Below are positions 50,148 to 61,449 of a DNA stretch of 64,000 nucleotides, one piece after another. This stretch comes from an uncultured Acidobacteriota bacterium (lineage in GTDB: Bacteria > Acidobacteriota > Vicinamibacteria > Vicinamibacterales > 2-12-FULL-66-21). Numbering within the stretch: the stretch's first letter is position 1; the number at the start of each line of letters is the position of its first letter. Below the pieces are notes generated by a model, which saw nothing but the letters and a program-made list of their open reading frames with translations, made no database searches and was not told the DNA's origin. A program made the translations under genes and the position numbers. Location of the stretch: positions 638,247 to 702,246 of the forward strand of contig CAVUDT010000004.1 in NCBI GenBank assembly GCA_963740275.1, in the 5' to 3' direction.

Positions 50148-50234
50148 GCGAAAGTGGCGGAACTGGCAGACGCACCAGCTTGAGGGGCTGGCGACCGCAA
50201 GGTCGTGGGGGTTCGAATCCCCCCTTTCGCACCA
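50148..50234 (+). tRNA. tRNA-Leu (anticodon GAG)
   Basis: gcgaaagtggcggaactggcagacgcaccagcttgaggggctggcgaccgcaaggtcgtgggggttcgaatcccccctttcgcacca. Long variable arm. Anticodon loop TTGAGGG. CCA is encoded. Confidence 0.95.
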
Positions 50235-50467
50235 ACCTTCGCTCATGAATGCAAGCGAAGGTTGCCCACCATAGCGCGAAGCGCGAAGGTGGGCTGTCGG
50301 CACGGCGAATGAGCTTCGGTTGGCAAGCCAAGCGAGTAGGTTCGTCGGTCACCCCGCCTGGCTCGCTCCATTCCGCTTCCGCTTCGCCGCCAGTTCCATT
50401 CCACTCGCCCTTCGCTCATGATGCATCCTGTGGTACTCCGCGCAGCGGGTGTGCGACGGGTTGAACC

Positions 50468-51241
50468 TTGAACAACGGACCGGCTTCCGCCCTCTTCTAT
50501 CTTGGAGCGGCCACGGCTCTCGCCGGTCTGCTCAGCCAGATCCGGCCGCTGCGCCGGATCGGCATTCCTACGCGGCGGCGCGGCGCCCTGGTGGCTGCTG
50601 CCGGACTCGTGATCGCGCTCGGTGCGATGATGCTGCCGAACCCGACGCGTGCGACTCCTGCTCGCGACACGCTCCTCGATCAGTGGCTCCCGGCATGGCA
50701 ATTTGGCGAGTACCACGAGCATCGCGTGCGCGCCAGCCCTCGACAGGTGTTCGCCGCGATCAGGCGGGTGCGGTCGTCTGATATCTTCCTGTTCCGCACG
50801 CTCACCTTTCTCCGGAATCCCAGTCGACAAGGCTCGGGTGAGCACATCCTCAATCCGCCCGAGGACAAGCCGATCCTGGATGTCGCGCTGGCCGGGGGAT
50901 TCGTGTTGCTGGGGGAACAGGCGGACCGCGAGCTACTCCTTGGTGCGGTCGTCATCGCACCACCCGATATCGTGCGCATGGCGCAGCGCGGCACCGTGCC
51001 GTCGCTGGATCCTGCATTGTTCCGCACGCTGGACCGACCGGGTTTCGCGCGAGCCGTCATGAACTTCCGCGCCGTGCCCGAATCCGATGGCTGGACTCGC
51101 GTGACGACGGAGACGCGTGTCTACGCCGTGGACCAGGCGACCCAGCGGCAGTTTGCGCGCTACTGGCGGATCATCTACCCAGGCAGCTGGCTCATTCGAT
51201 GGAACTGGCTGCGCGCAATCGAAGCCCGACTCGTGTCCTGA
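50468..51241 (+). CDS. Hypothetical membrane-anchored protein
   Basis: 257-aa ORF (TTG start). Two N-terminal hydrophobic segments. No family recognised with confidence. Confidence 0.45.
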   Translation: MNNGPASALFYLGAATALAGLLSQIRPLRRIGIPTRRRGALVAAAGLVIALGAMMLPNPTRATPARDTLLDQWLPAWQFGEYHEHRVRASPRQVFAAIRRVRSSDIFLFRTLTFLRNPSRQGSGEHILNPPEDKPILDVALAGGFVLLGEQADRELLLGAVVIAPPDIVRMAQRGTVPSLDPALFRTLDRPGFARAVMNFRAVPESDGWTRVTTETRVYAVDQATQRQFARYWRIIYPGSWLIRWNWLRAIEARLVS

Positions 51242-51258
51242 CGGCTACGCGTCGGTGT

Positions 51259-53677
51259 TCAACAGTCCAGCGAGCTGATCGGACGGATCGATGCGGCGGT
51301 GCGGGCGGCACGAAACACCGCGGCGAAGCCGGCCGCCAGAAGGAGCGCGCATGCCGCCACGTGGGTCCAGGCGTCGAAGCTCCCGACGCCGAAGACCTGG
51401 TGACGCAGCACGCGTGACAGCGCCGCGGCGCCAATCAGGCCGGCGGCCGTACCGGCCAGAAGCACCAGGCTGCCGTCCCGCACGAACAACCGGATGATTG
51501 CCCGTTCCGGTGCGCCGAGCGCGAGACGGATCGCGATCTCCCGGTGCCGCTGCTGGACGGCATAAGCGGTCACACCGTAGATGCCGAGCATCGCCAGAAA
51601 GGACGCGATCACCGCGCAGCCGGTCAACAACAGCGACAGGAACCTGCTGCCGGCCCGTGCCTTGTCGTCGCCGGCCACCGACCGGGCAGGATTGACGACG
51701 GCGTCCCGGTCGACCTCGGCAGCCGCGCGTTGGAGCGACTCGAACAGCATCGGCGCCGGCCGGTCGGTGCGAACGTAGAAGGTCGCGAACCGTCCATCGG
51801 GAACCTTCGGCTTATAGAAATCCGCCTGGTCGCCATCGTCATAGGTTTGCCGCACGTCGCCGCTGATCCCGACGACGGTGCGCCACGGGCCGGCGGTCAC
51901 GCCGCCTGGGGTTTGCTCCATTTCGCGGACTCGTCCGCCAAGCGCGCCGCCGGCGGGCCACAGCCGTCCGGCGAGGGTCTCGCTGACGACCGCAACCGGA
52001 GCATCCGCCGCGGCCTCTCCGGCCGTGAACTCACGCCCCTGCCTCAGCTCGATGCCAAAGGTCGAAAAATAGCCTGCGCTCACCGAGACGACCCCGCCGG
52101 TGATCCCGGCCTCCCCTGGCTGCGCCTCGATCCTGTGAGCCGGCGGAGGCACGAACGGCGGCCAGCTGCTGAAGACCACCGGCATGCTGGTATCCGCCGA
52201 CACCCTTGAGGCAAATCGTTCGAAGACCGGCCGGTAGGCGCCGCCATCGGCAGGATCGCGCGGCCGCAGCGCGATCCGAGAGGTGATCAGGCCGTCGGGA
52301 TTGAATCCGAGCTCGGTGGTCATCATCCGGCCGACGCTGCGGATCATCAATCCGCAGCCGACGAGCAGCACCAGCGATCCGGCCACCTCGAACGCGATCA
52401 GACCGCTGCGAAGCCGGCGCATCAGCCGGCCCTGGGTTGCCACCCGTCCGTCCTGCCGCAGCGCGTTGGTCAGCCCGCGTCCCCAGGAGGTCAGCGGCGC
52501 CAGCGCCAGCGAGATCGTGGCGACGAGACTCACGCCGACAACGACCAGCAGCACGGTAGTGTCGAGGGCGATCCCCGAGGCGCCGGGTGCCGGACGGCCA
52601 AGCTGGGCCTCGATCATCGGCGCCAGTGTGTCGAGAACGAGCGCGGTGATACCGGTACCCGCGACCAGCGCGGCGGCAGCAATCAAGGACGACTCGGCCA
52701 GGAGCATCCGGACGATGTGGCGCCAGCCGGAGCCGAGCGCCAGCCGGACCGCCACCTCCCGCTGCCGCTGCAGCGAGCGCAGCAGCATCAGCACCGCGAC
52801 ATTCGCGCACACGATCACCAGCACGAGACTCACCGCCACGGTGACGCCGAACAGGACCGGCCGCAACTGCCCCACCCATCGCTCGTGAGCGGACTCCAGA
52901 TGAACGCCGGTCCAGTCATCCGGCAGCGGGGACGTCGCCGCCCGGCGCGCGGCTTCCGTAAGCCGCTGCTCGGCGGCCGCGGGAGGCACACCGTCACGCA
53001 GCCGCACCAGATACGCGCGGACCGGCGTGGCCTGTGGGACCATGAGGTCGACCGGGGTCCGGCTTTCACGACCGAAGTAGAAGCCGGATGGCAGTACGCC
53101 GACGATCCGGAACGTCTCGAACGTGCCGGGACGGGACTCCGGTTCCGTCCGGATCGTTCGTCCGACGATGCCGGGATCGGATCCAAACCGCTCGCGCCAC
53201 AGCGCGTGGCCGATGAGCGCGACTCGTTCGGATCCGGGAGCGAAATCCTGCTCCGTGAAACGGCGACCGATCGCCGCAGTGACGCCGAGCCCCTCGGCGA
53301 ATCCCTGCATCACTCTCAACCCGCGCAGCGACACGGCGTAACCGCCGTCATCGAGGTAGAACGACTCACCGGCGCTGGCGATCGGGAAACTCGACGACGT
53401 CGCGCACCGACGGCCAGTCCATTCCCGTCATGCCGCGAGGCTCCCACGGGCCTGGCGGCGCATAGCGGACGTGATACAGCCGGTCCGCTTCCGGGTAGGG
53501 CAAAGACCGCACCAGATACGCATTCACCACCGACACCATCGTCGTCGTGAGCGCCAGGCCGAGGGCGAGCGAGGCGATGGCGACGATGGTGAACGACGGC
53601 GTGCGGCGAAGCCCGCGGACGGCGAACCGGAGGTCTCGCACCAGGCCGTTATCGATGGTCCAGCTGTGTTTGGTCAC
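51259..53677 (-). pseudogene. ADOP-family permease, frame disrupted as sequenced
   Basis: ORFs 53366..53677 (VRDLRFAVRGLRRTPSFTIVAIASLALGLALTT) and 51259..53334. A frame shift at cccGatc (complement of about 53380-53387) restores ...VVEFPIASAGESFYLDDGGYAVSLRGLRVMQGF. Confidence 0.85.
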
Positions 53678-53723
53678 GGATCACCTGCGATCTCGACACG
53701 ACAGCGCATAATACTTCCGCCAG

Positions 53724-54575
53724 ATGCGCCGCACGCCGGAGATCCCCGAAGACATCGAAGAGTACCGCGACGAACGCTGGCGTCGCGAGGGCACGCGGCA
53801 GGTGGAAACCGCCATCGAAGCCGAGCGTTTCGTCGAGCAGATCGGCTTCGCCGCCTGCCTGACCGACTCGCGCCGGCCGGGCCCGTCGCTCTACGTCGCG
53901 GTCTGCGGCCGCCGCGACGCGGTGATGCCGCGCAACGTGCAGAAGGATCCCGAAGCCTCGCTGACCTGGGTCCTGAAAGACGAGATCGTCGGGCGCGGCA
54001 AGGTCTACTATGCGAAGCTGCCGCGGGGGAAGGCGATGTTCATCGCGGCGCGGATGATCCCGTATTTTCACGCGATCTGGGGGATCCGCCGGTCGGAGGA
54101 AAAGGGACGCCTCAGCCGGAACGCACAGGCGATCCTGCGGGTGCTGCGGCGGGAATGGGAGATGAGCACCTGGGATCTGCGCGAGGATTCCGGGATCAAG
54201 GACCGCAAGGCGTTCACCGCCGCCCTCGACGAGCTGCAGGCGGCGATGATCGTGGTGCCGAGCCAGGTGTTCTATCAGCCGAAGTTCACCTACATCTGGA
54301 CGCTCGGGGTCGGCCGGTTTCCCGAGGCGCTGCGCAAGCGGATCGCCCGCGAGACCGGGCTGCGCGAGATCGCCCGCTGCTTTCTGGCCGGCGCCGGGCT
54401 GACCGTCCCCGGCGAGCTGGCCCGCGTGACCGGGCTGTCGCGGCCCGAGGCCGGACGCGGCAACCGGGCGCTGGTGTCGGAAGGCTACGCCAGCATGCCT
54501 GCTCCAGGCACCTATCGTCTCGCGGCAGACTGGCCGCGCGAGGATCCGGTGGCGTCAGTCCTCCCTGAGGAGTGA
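53724..54575 (+). CDS. Hypothetical protein, possible winged-helix domain
   Basis: 283-aa ORF. No firm family assignment. [24 protein letters not shown] looks HTH-like. The 3' end overlaps the convergent permease gene by about 21 nt. Confidence 0.45.
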   Translation: MRRTPEIPEDIEEYRDERWRREGTRQVETAIEAERFVEQIGFAACLTDSRRPGPSLYVAVCGRRDAVMPRNVQKDPEASLTWVLKDEIVGRGKVYYAKLPRGKAMFIAARMIPYFHAIWGIRRSEEKGRLSRNAQAILRVLRREWEMSTWDLREDSGIKDRKAFTAALDELQAAMIVVPSQVFYQPKFTYIWTLGVGRFPEALRKRIARETGLREIARCFLAGAGLTVPGELARVTGLSRPEAGRGNRALVSEGYASMPAPGTYRLAADWPREDPVASVLPEE

Positions 54576-57251
54576 AACCGGGTCGACGCGCATCGCCTGG
54601 ACCGCGGGCCGCCACGACGCGGCGATCACAGTGAGGGCCAGCGCCCCCGAGATGGCGGCCAGCGACTGCGGGTCTGCCGGCGACACCTCGTAGGTGAGCG
54701 CCGCAAGGCCGCGTCCGAGCATCCAGGCGCCGACCAGCCCCACCGCGAGTCCCATCGCCGCCAGCTTGACCGCGTCTGCCGCCACCAGCCGCGCCAGCTT
54801 TGAGGGGTCGATGCCAAGCGCAACCCGGATGCCGAACTCACGCCGGCGCCGTGCGACCGCCGCGCTGAGTACACCGAACAGTCCACCGGCGGCGGCCAGC
54901 AAGGCGACCAGGCCGAAGACCAGGCCAAGAGCCGCTGCGGCGCGGGGACGAGTGAGCGTCTCGGCGTATTCGGCGTCCATCGACCCGAGCGACGCGATCA
55001 CCACCTGCGGGCTCACCGATCGAATCGCCGCCGCGATCGCGGGGATCCCCGGGCACGTCTGGCCGCAGCGCAGAGCGAGGAAGACCTGTCCCGAGCCGAA
55101 GGTCGATGCCTCGGCGCTGCCGTTGCGTTCCACGACGAGCGGGTGATACATCTCCGCCACATCCTGACGGGGATCGAGAAGCGGGTTGCGGATCTCGGTC
55201 GCCACACCGACTACGCGATACCAGGATTTCTGGCTTTCGAGGCGGAAGGAGCGGCCGACCGCCTGCCCGTCGGGCCACAGAAGGCGGGCGAGGCGCTGGC
55301 CGACGATCACATCCTCTGGTGCCGAGACTGCGGAGAAGGGACGGCCGGCCAGCAGCTTGATGTCGAACAGCTCGAAGAACTGCGCGCTGACGCTGTAGGT
55401 CATGATCTCGCCGGGCTTGATCGGGGCGGCGCCCTCCGTGTCGGGCTGCAGGCTGCCGAAATAGATGCCGCCGCGGGTCGGCGGCACACCGCCGCTCAGG
55501 CTGGCCATCTGGACGCCCGGCAGCGCTCGCAGTCGCGTCTCGAGCGCGCTGGCAAAGGCGAGGCGGCTGGCGCGGTCGCGGAACGTGAATTCCGGCAGCG
55601 CGACCCATCCGGTGATCACGCCGTCCGAGTTCAGCCCGCGATCGGCATTCGTCAGGTTGACGAACGTCCGCACCAGCAGCCCGGCTCCAGCCAGCAGCGT
55701 CGTCGCCAGCGCGACCTCGGCGACGAGCAGGCCGCGCGCCAGCCGGCGCCGAGCCGGGACCTCGGTACCGCTGCGGCCGGCCAGCCGGATCGAAGCGATC
55801 GCGTCACCTTCGTCGCCATCCATGCCGGCACCACGCCGGCGATGGCCGCGGCCAGGATGCCGAGCGCGGAGGTGACCGCTACCGCGCGCCAGCTGAGCGC
55901 AACCGGGGTCAGCGTGCGGGTGAGAAACGCGTCGGGGAGATAATTGGTGACGAGCTCGACCAGGGCGTGCGCGAGCAGCAGCCCGGCGATCGAAGCCGCC
56001 AGGCCGAGCAGCAGCGTTTCCGCCAGCGCCTCCCGCACCAGGCGGGCGCGCGACGCGCCGAGGGCAGAGCACATCCCGAACTCACGCTGCCGCTCCGAGA
56101 ACCGGGTGAGCATCAGGTTCATCGCATTGGCGCACAGGACCAGGAACACCAGGCCGACGCCGGCCGAAAGCGTCATGATCGAACGGCGCGAGTACTTGTC
56201 GACCATGCCGGCGGCAATCGGCCTGAACATCAGCGAGGTGCCGTCCGGCAGCGCCGAGGCGCTGCGCGCCGCGCTCTCGGCGGCCCGGAGCGAGTCCGGT
56301 GGCGGAATGCCGGCCGCAAGACGGGCGAAGGCCATGGGGCGGACACGCTGCAGGTCGGGCGGCGGCGCGGTGAAGTCAATCGGACGCCAGGCGCGGACAT
56401 TCGCATACGGGAAGCGGAACGAGGCCGGCAGCACGCCGATGACCTCCGTCGAGACGCCGGAGACGCGGATCCTTCGGCCAATCACGCCAGGATCGCGGTT
56501 GAACAGCGTCTGCCACAGTTCCTCCGACAGCAGGATGCGATCGTCGGCGCCGGCGCGGCCCTCACCCTCGAGGAAGCCGCGGCCGATGATCGGCTGGACG
56601 CCGAGCATCGCCAGCATCCCCGGCGTGATGCGCGCGCCTCCCCTGGTCACCAGTTCCTGCCCGGTGTCGAGTGTCACCGGAGACTGTGCCGCTCCCTCGA
56701 TCCCCTCGAAGACGCGGCTGTCGCGCCAGGCGCCGAGAAGCGTACCGGGGACGGTGGACATGAAACCTTCGCCGTTGGTCAGCACCACCGAGGTCAGGCG
56801 GGAGGCCTCGCGAAACGGCACCGGGTGCAGGACCAGCGCGTCGAGAACGGTGAACATCGCCGCGGTGACGCCGATGGCAACCGCTAGCATCCCGACGGTC
56901 AGGGCGAGGGTCGCCACACTGGAGCGCAGCCGCGAGGCGGCGCGGCGAAAGTCTTCGATGAACATCTGAGGTCCTCGTCGAAATCGGGCGGGGGCCGTGC
57001 GGAGTCCAGTCGGTAACCCGCGGGCCGGTCCCCAGCGCGTGACGGAGCGGCAGCCGGAGAAGGTCGAAGAGCTCGCCGGCCGCGGTCATTGCCAGCCCGG
57101 CCGGACCGCGGCGCTCCGCCTCGCGGCGGCAGGCCTCGCGCACCGAAGCCAGGATCTCCTCTTTCCCCGCCGGCGACAGGTGGGGAGCCGCGACCAGGAT
57201 GACCCGGCCGGCGCGCTCGATCCAGGCGAGCGCTCCCGAGTGACGGCTCAC
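54555..57251 (-). pseudogene. ADOP-family permease with N-terminal 'permease prefix'-like domain, frame disrupted as sequenced (probably twice)
   Basis: ORFs 55652..56965 and 54555..56072 join at acgaaggtgac (complement of about 55805-55815; adding one G gives ...PAWMATKGDAIASIRLAGRSGTE). A third frame starts at GTG 57251 (GTGA overlap with the PadR stop): MSRHSGALAWIERAGRVILVAAPHLSPAGKEEILASVREA... It has no stop before running into the permease frame, possibly through the G5 run at 56989-56993. Confidence 0.7.
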
Positions 57252-57631
57252 GCCCTCGACCCTCCCTTGAGGATGCGCTTGCGTCGAGCTTCGGCGACCG
57301 CGGTCTCGAGCCGTCGTGCGTCTGCCTCGAGCACGCGGCGTCCAAGGTCCGTCAACCCGTAGTACCGCCGCCGCTCGTCATCGTCCTCCGCCCTGGGGCG
57401 GGCCTGGGTCTCGGCAATGAGCGTTTCGCTCTCGAGCCGCTGCAGCAACGTATAGAGCGTGCCGCTGCGTAGCCGGATCAGCCCGTCCGTTCGGGCGTCG
57501 ACCTCCTGGATGATCGCGTAGCCATGGCGCCCGGTATCGGCGAGCGCCATCAGCACGTGGAACGCGAGCGGTGTCAGCGGGAGGAAGGAACGGGGATCCG
57601 ATTCGGCGGCGGGCGCATGCCTCATGCGCAA
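57248..57631 (-). CDS. PadR-family transcriptional regulator
   Basis: 127-aa ORF. LAFHVLMALADTGRHGYAIIQEV...SGTLYTLLQRLESETLI...RRYYGLTDLGRRVL. TTG at 57631 or, more likely, ATG at 57625. Confidence 0.85.
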   Translation of the reverse strand: MRMRHAPAAESDPRSFLPLTPLAFHVLMALADTGRHGYAIIQEVDARTDGLIRLRSGTLYTLLQRLESETLIAETQARPRAEDDDERRRYYGLTDLGRRVLEADARRLETAVAEARRKRILKGGSRA

Positions 57632-57632
57632 C

Positions 57633-57662
57633 TATATAACTTTCAAATCTATTTGAAGTCAA
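57633..57662 (-). promoter_or_regulatory. Candidate PadR promoter (TTGACT-N18-TATATA) with a perfect inverted repeat TTCAAAT-CT-ATTTGAA in the spacer
   Basis: Minus strand: TTGACT = complement of 57657-57662, TATATA = complement of 57633-57638. The palindrome occupies 57642-57657. The -10 box lies only 7 nt before ATG 57625, which would give a leaderless-type mRNA. Confidence 0.4.
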
Positions 57663-57725
57663 GGCAAGCCGTCAGCCTCGATCCGCGGCTGGTGTCAGCG
57701 AGAGTTGGCTCTGAGCGGTCGTTTC

Positions 57726-60435
57726 TTACTCGGTACGGAGGGCGACCATCGGATCGACTTTCGTCGCGCGGCGTGCGGGAAGGTAGCAGGCCGCCGCCGC
57801 AACACCGGCGAACGTCAGCGCGACGGCCACGAAGGTGGCGGTGTCGAGCGGCGTGACGCCGAACAGCATGCTCTGGAGAAACCCCGTCCCGGCGGCGGCC
57901 GCACCCAGGCCGAGCACGATTCCAACGCTGGTCAGGAGCAGTCCCTGGCGAAGCACCAGGGCAAGAACGTGCGAGCGCTGGGCCCCGAGCGCCATCCGGA
58001 TGCCGATCTCCTGCTTCCGCTGCGTCACGGCATACGCAAGGACGCCGTAGACGCCGATGATCGCCAGGAGCCCGGCGACGCCGGCGAACGCGCCGGCCAT
58101 CACCGCGTAGAAGCGGGGACGCGCGACCGAGCTGCTTACCAGCCGCTCCATCGAAAGCATCCCATCGACGCCGGTATTCGGATCAACGGCGCGGACGATC
58201 TGTCCAACCGCCGGGATCAGCGCGTTCGGATCGTTGCGGGTGCGGACGGCGAACGACAACAGCCCGAGGGAACGCTCGTGCTGCCAGAGCGGCGCTTCCC
58301 CCCATCGCTGCTGGAGCGCCAGCAATCGCCGATAGTGAATGAAGACTTCCGGGTACGGCTCGCGATCCGGTGAGGTGTTGCGCAGGTCTTCGACGACCCC
58401 GACCACCCGGAGCGGCGTCGGCGGGCCCTTGCCCATGTGCCAGTCGACAATGCGTCCGACCGGGCTGCCCGGCCCGAACTGGGGGACAACACTTCGGCTG
58501 ATCACGATCTCCGGCGTGGAGGAGTCGCCGCCGTCCGCTTCGAGCTCGCGTCCGTCGAGCACCCGCACGCCCATCGCCGTCAGATACCCGGGGCTGACCG
58601 GTCGAAGCGAGGGCCTGACCACGTACGACTCCATCTGATCCACCGTCCGGCCTTCGGGGACGAACGTACCCAGTGTGATCTGTTCCCGGATCAGCATCCC
58701 GGCCCTGGTGAAGCCAGCGGACCTGACGTCGGGCACGGCGCGCAGGCGGGCGAGCAGCGATTCGATCGTCTCGACTTTTCTGGCGATCGGATAGCTCGGG
58801 GGAAACACCAGCTGAAAGGCGAGCACGTTCGACGGGTCGTAACCCCGGTCGATCCCGGACAACGCCGCGAAGCTGCGGATGAGCAATGCGGCGCCGACGA
58901 GCAGCGCGGTCGCCATCACGAGCTGCCCGAGAACCAGGCCTGCCCGCAGCCGCGATGCGCCGCGGCTGGGGGTCGCGCCGCGCGGGCCCATCGCCTGAAA
59001 CCGGTTCGGGCGCGAGAGATGGAGCGCGGGGAGGAGGCCAAACACCAGGCTCGTCACGGCGGCGGCGCCGAACGCGATCCCGAGCACCCGCAGGTCGATC
59101 CCGATCTCATTGACTCGAGGCAGGATCGAAGCGCCGAAGGAAAGCTGGAAGATCCCCGGCGCGTCCACGGAGGCCAGCATCCTCACGAGCGTGATGCCGA
59201 GCGCCCCGACCAGCGCCCCGAGCGCGCCGCCGATCATCGCGAGCACCGCGCATTCGGTCAGGATCTGGCGGACCACCCGGCCGCGGCTGGCGCCGATCGC
59301 GCACCGCACGGCGATCTCACGCTGCCGGGCGCTGCCGCGCGCCAGCAGCAGGTTCGCGAGGTTGGCGCACACGATCACCAGGACGACCGAGACGGCCGCG
59401 AGGAACAGCTGCAGCGCGGGCCGCAGCTCCTTGACCGCGCGATCCTTGAGACGCTCCACTTCGAATCTCGGCGCCGTCCGCGGAGGAGTATTGGCCGGCG
59501 GCGGAGTCGGTGATCGCAGCGCCGATGACGTTTGCGTCCTGGAGGGCAGCTTCCAGCGTCACGTCCGGCCGGAGACGGCCGAGCAGTGTCACCCTGACCC
59601 GCGCCTTCGCGGCATCGTCGACGGCGAGGGGCGTGTAGAAGTCCCCTTCTGCGCCGGCCAGTTCGAACGTCGACGGCAGCACGCCGACGATCGTGAACAG
59701 CCGACGCTGCTGCCCGGATGACAGAAACTCGAGCGGTTTTCCGACGACGTCCCGATCGGCATGAAAGAGCTGCTGCCAGGCGTTGAAACCCAGCAGGACG
59801 ACGTTCGGGTCGCGGTCGTCGTCCGGCACGAATGTTCGCCCCAGCAGCGGCCGGGCGCCGAGCGTCGAGAACCAGCCGGCCGAGATATTCGCACCCCACA
59901 ACCGCGCCGTGCCGTCGGCGGTTCTCACCATGGCGATCGAAGGTGCGATCCCGCCCAGGTCGGAGAGGGTCGTGGTCCGCGCGCGCCATTCCAGGAACTC
60001 CTGGTAGGTCACGCCGCGCTGGAACGGCGGCAGCTTCGGCTCAGGGCGGGGAATGTTCTCGACGATCCGTACCAGGCGGTCGGCAGCGTCGAATGGAAGC
60101 GGCCGCAGCAGGACCGTGTCGACAACGCTGTATACGGCGGTGGTGGCGCCGATCCCGACGCCGAGCGTGAGAATCGCGACGAAGGCGAAGCCCGGCGAGC
60201 GCCGGAGCGTGCGCAGCGCGTAGCGAACGTCCTGACGGATCTCGTCGAGCCACGACCAGACCCAGACCGCGCGCGCGTTCTCGCTGACGATCGCCGGGTT
60301 GCCGAACGCGAGCAGCGCCTGACGGCGAGCCTCCTCAGGGGTCATGCCCCTGGCGATGTTCTCGTCGGTTTCGCGCTCGATGTGATCGCGGATGTCCTGG
60401 TCGAGGCCGTCCAGGGCTCGCCGGTCGCGTGCCAT
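57726..60435 (-). pseudogene. ADOP-family permease with N-terminal prefix domain, frame disrupted as sequenced
   Basis: ORFs 59317..60486 (start ATG 60435: MARDRRALDGLDQDIRDHIERETDENIARGMTPEEARRQALLAFGN...IRQDVRYALRTLRRSPGFAFVAILTLGVGIGA) and 57726..59459. Removing the A in gagAttc (complement of about 59473-59479) restores ...[24 protein letters not shown]. Confidence 0.85.
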
Positions 60436-60519
60436 GGTCTCACTCCTGTGCACGTAGAACTTGGCCGCCTTCACCTGGAATGTCAAGGCGAGCGCCAGAA
60501 GCTCGGCGGCGCGGGATCT

Positions 60520-61449
60520 TCAGGAGGTGACGGGGGCGCCGACCGGCGTCAGCCAGGCGGCCGACCGCGGGTGAGCGCCCGTCACCACGGAGTGAAATGC
60601 CTCCTGCAGCGCACGGGTGATCGGCCCGGTGCGTCCTGAGCCGATGGTTCGGAAATCGATCTCGCTCAGGCCGGCGATTTCCGCGGCCGTGCCGCAGACG
60701 AATACTTCGTCGGCCCGGTAGAGCGCATCCCTGGAGATCGACGCCTCGGCCACGCCGTAGCCAAGATCCGCGGCGAGCAGCATCACCGTGTCACGGGTGA
60801 TCCCTTCCAGGATCGCCGCCGCCGGCGGGGTGATCAGGGTGCCGTTCCTCACGATGAAGATGTTCTCGCCGGTGCATTCGGCGACATATCCCTGGGCGTC
60901 CAGCATGATCGCTTCTTCGAAGCCCAGTCGCTTCGACTCCGTGCGGGCGAGCACCGAGTTGGCGTAGTTCCCGGCAATCTTGGCCTTGGTCATCATGACG
61001 TTCGGATGATGCCGGGTGAACGACGAGACGTTGGCGCGGATGCCGCGGGCCTTCGCGTCTTCGGCAAGAAACGTCGTCCACGGCCAGACCGCGATACCGG
61101 TGTGCGGCCGCGCGCTGTCGACGGTCAGGTCCCATCCTCCTTCGGCCAGATAGATGAGCGGCCTGATGTAGCACGCTGCGTGGCCGCTGGCGCGTACCGT
61201 GTCGGTCACCGCCGCCATCAGGTCGGCGTGGGAGTACGGCAGCCGCGAGAAGCCAAGGATGTGTGCTGATTCGATCAGCCGGGTGATGTGTTCCGGCAGC
61301 CGGAAGATTGCCGGGCCGAGCGGCCCCGCATAGCAGCGGATCCCTTCGAAGACCCCGATGCCGTAGTGCAGGCCGGACGTCAGGAACGGTACCTGGGCCC
61401 GCGCCGGCTCGACCAGCGATCCGTTCAACCAGACATGTGAGTTCATCAT
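60520..61449 (-). CDS. ilvE: Branched-chain amino acid aminotransferase
   Basis: Frame of ORF 60520..61875, start at ATG 61449 ([13 protein letters not shown]). GVFEGIRCY, KAKIAGNYANSVLA, ECTGENIFIV, EGITRDTV. Confidence 0.9.
   Translation of the reverse strand: MMNSHVWLNGSLVEPARAQVPFLTSGLHYGIGVFEGIRCYAGPLGPAIFRLPEHITRLIESAHILGFSRLPYSHADLMAAVTDTVRASGHAACYIRPLIYLAEGGWDLTVDSARPHTGIAVWPWTTFLAEDAKARGIRANVSSFTRHHPNVMMTKAKIAGNYANSVLARTESKRLGFEEAIMLDAQGYVAECTGENIFIVRNGTLITPPAAAILEGITRDTVMLLAADLGYGVAEASISRDALYRADEVFVCGTAAEIAGLSEIDFRTIGSGRTGPITRALQEAFHSVVTGAHPRSAAWLTPVGAPVTS

Noticed and set aside
50234-50467. Integrated genomic island at tRNA-Leu
   Set aside because: Only about 170 nt lies between the short direct repeats. 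No integrase, excisionase or cargo genes follow. The next gene is an ordinary-looking hypothetical of native composition.
56562-57251. Independent 229-aa gene (ORF 56562..57251) between padR and the permease
   Set aside because: Only the first roughly 95 residues look protein-like. The remainder overlaps the permease N-terminus out of frame. I interpret it as the permease's own N-terminal prefix domain, separated by a frameshift.
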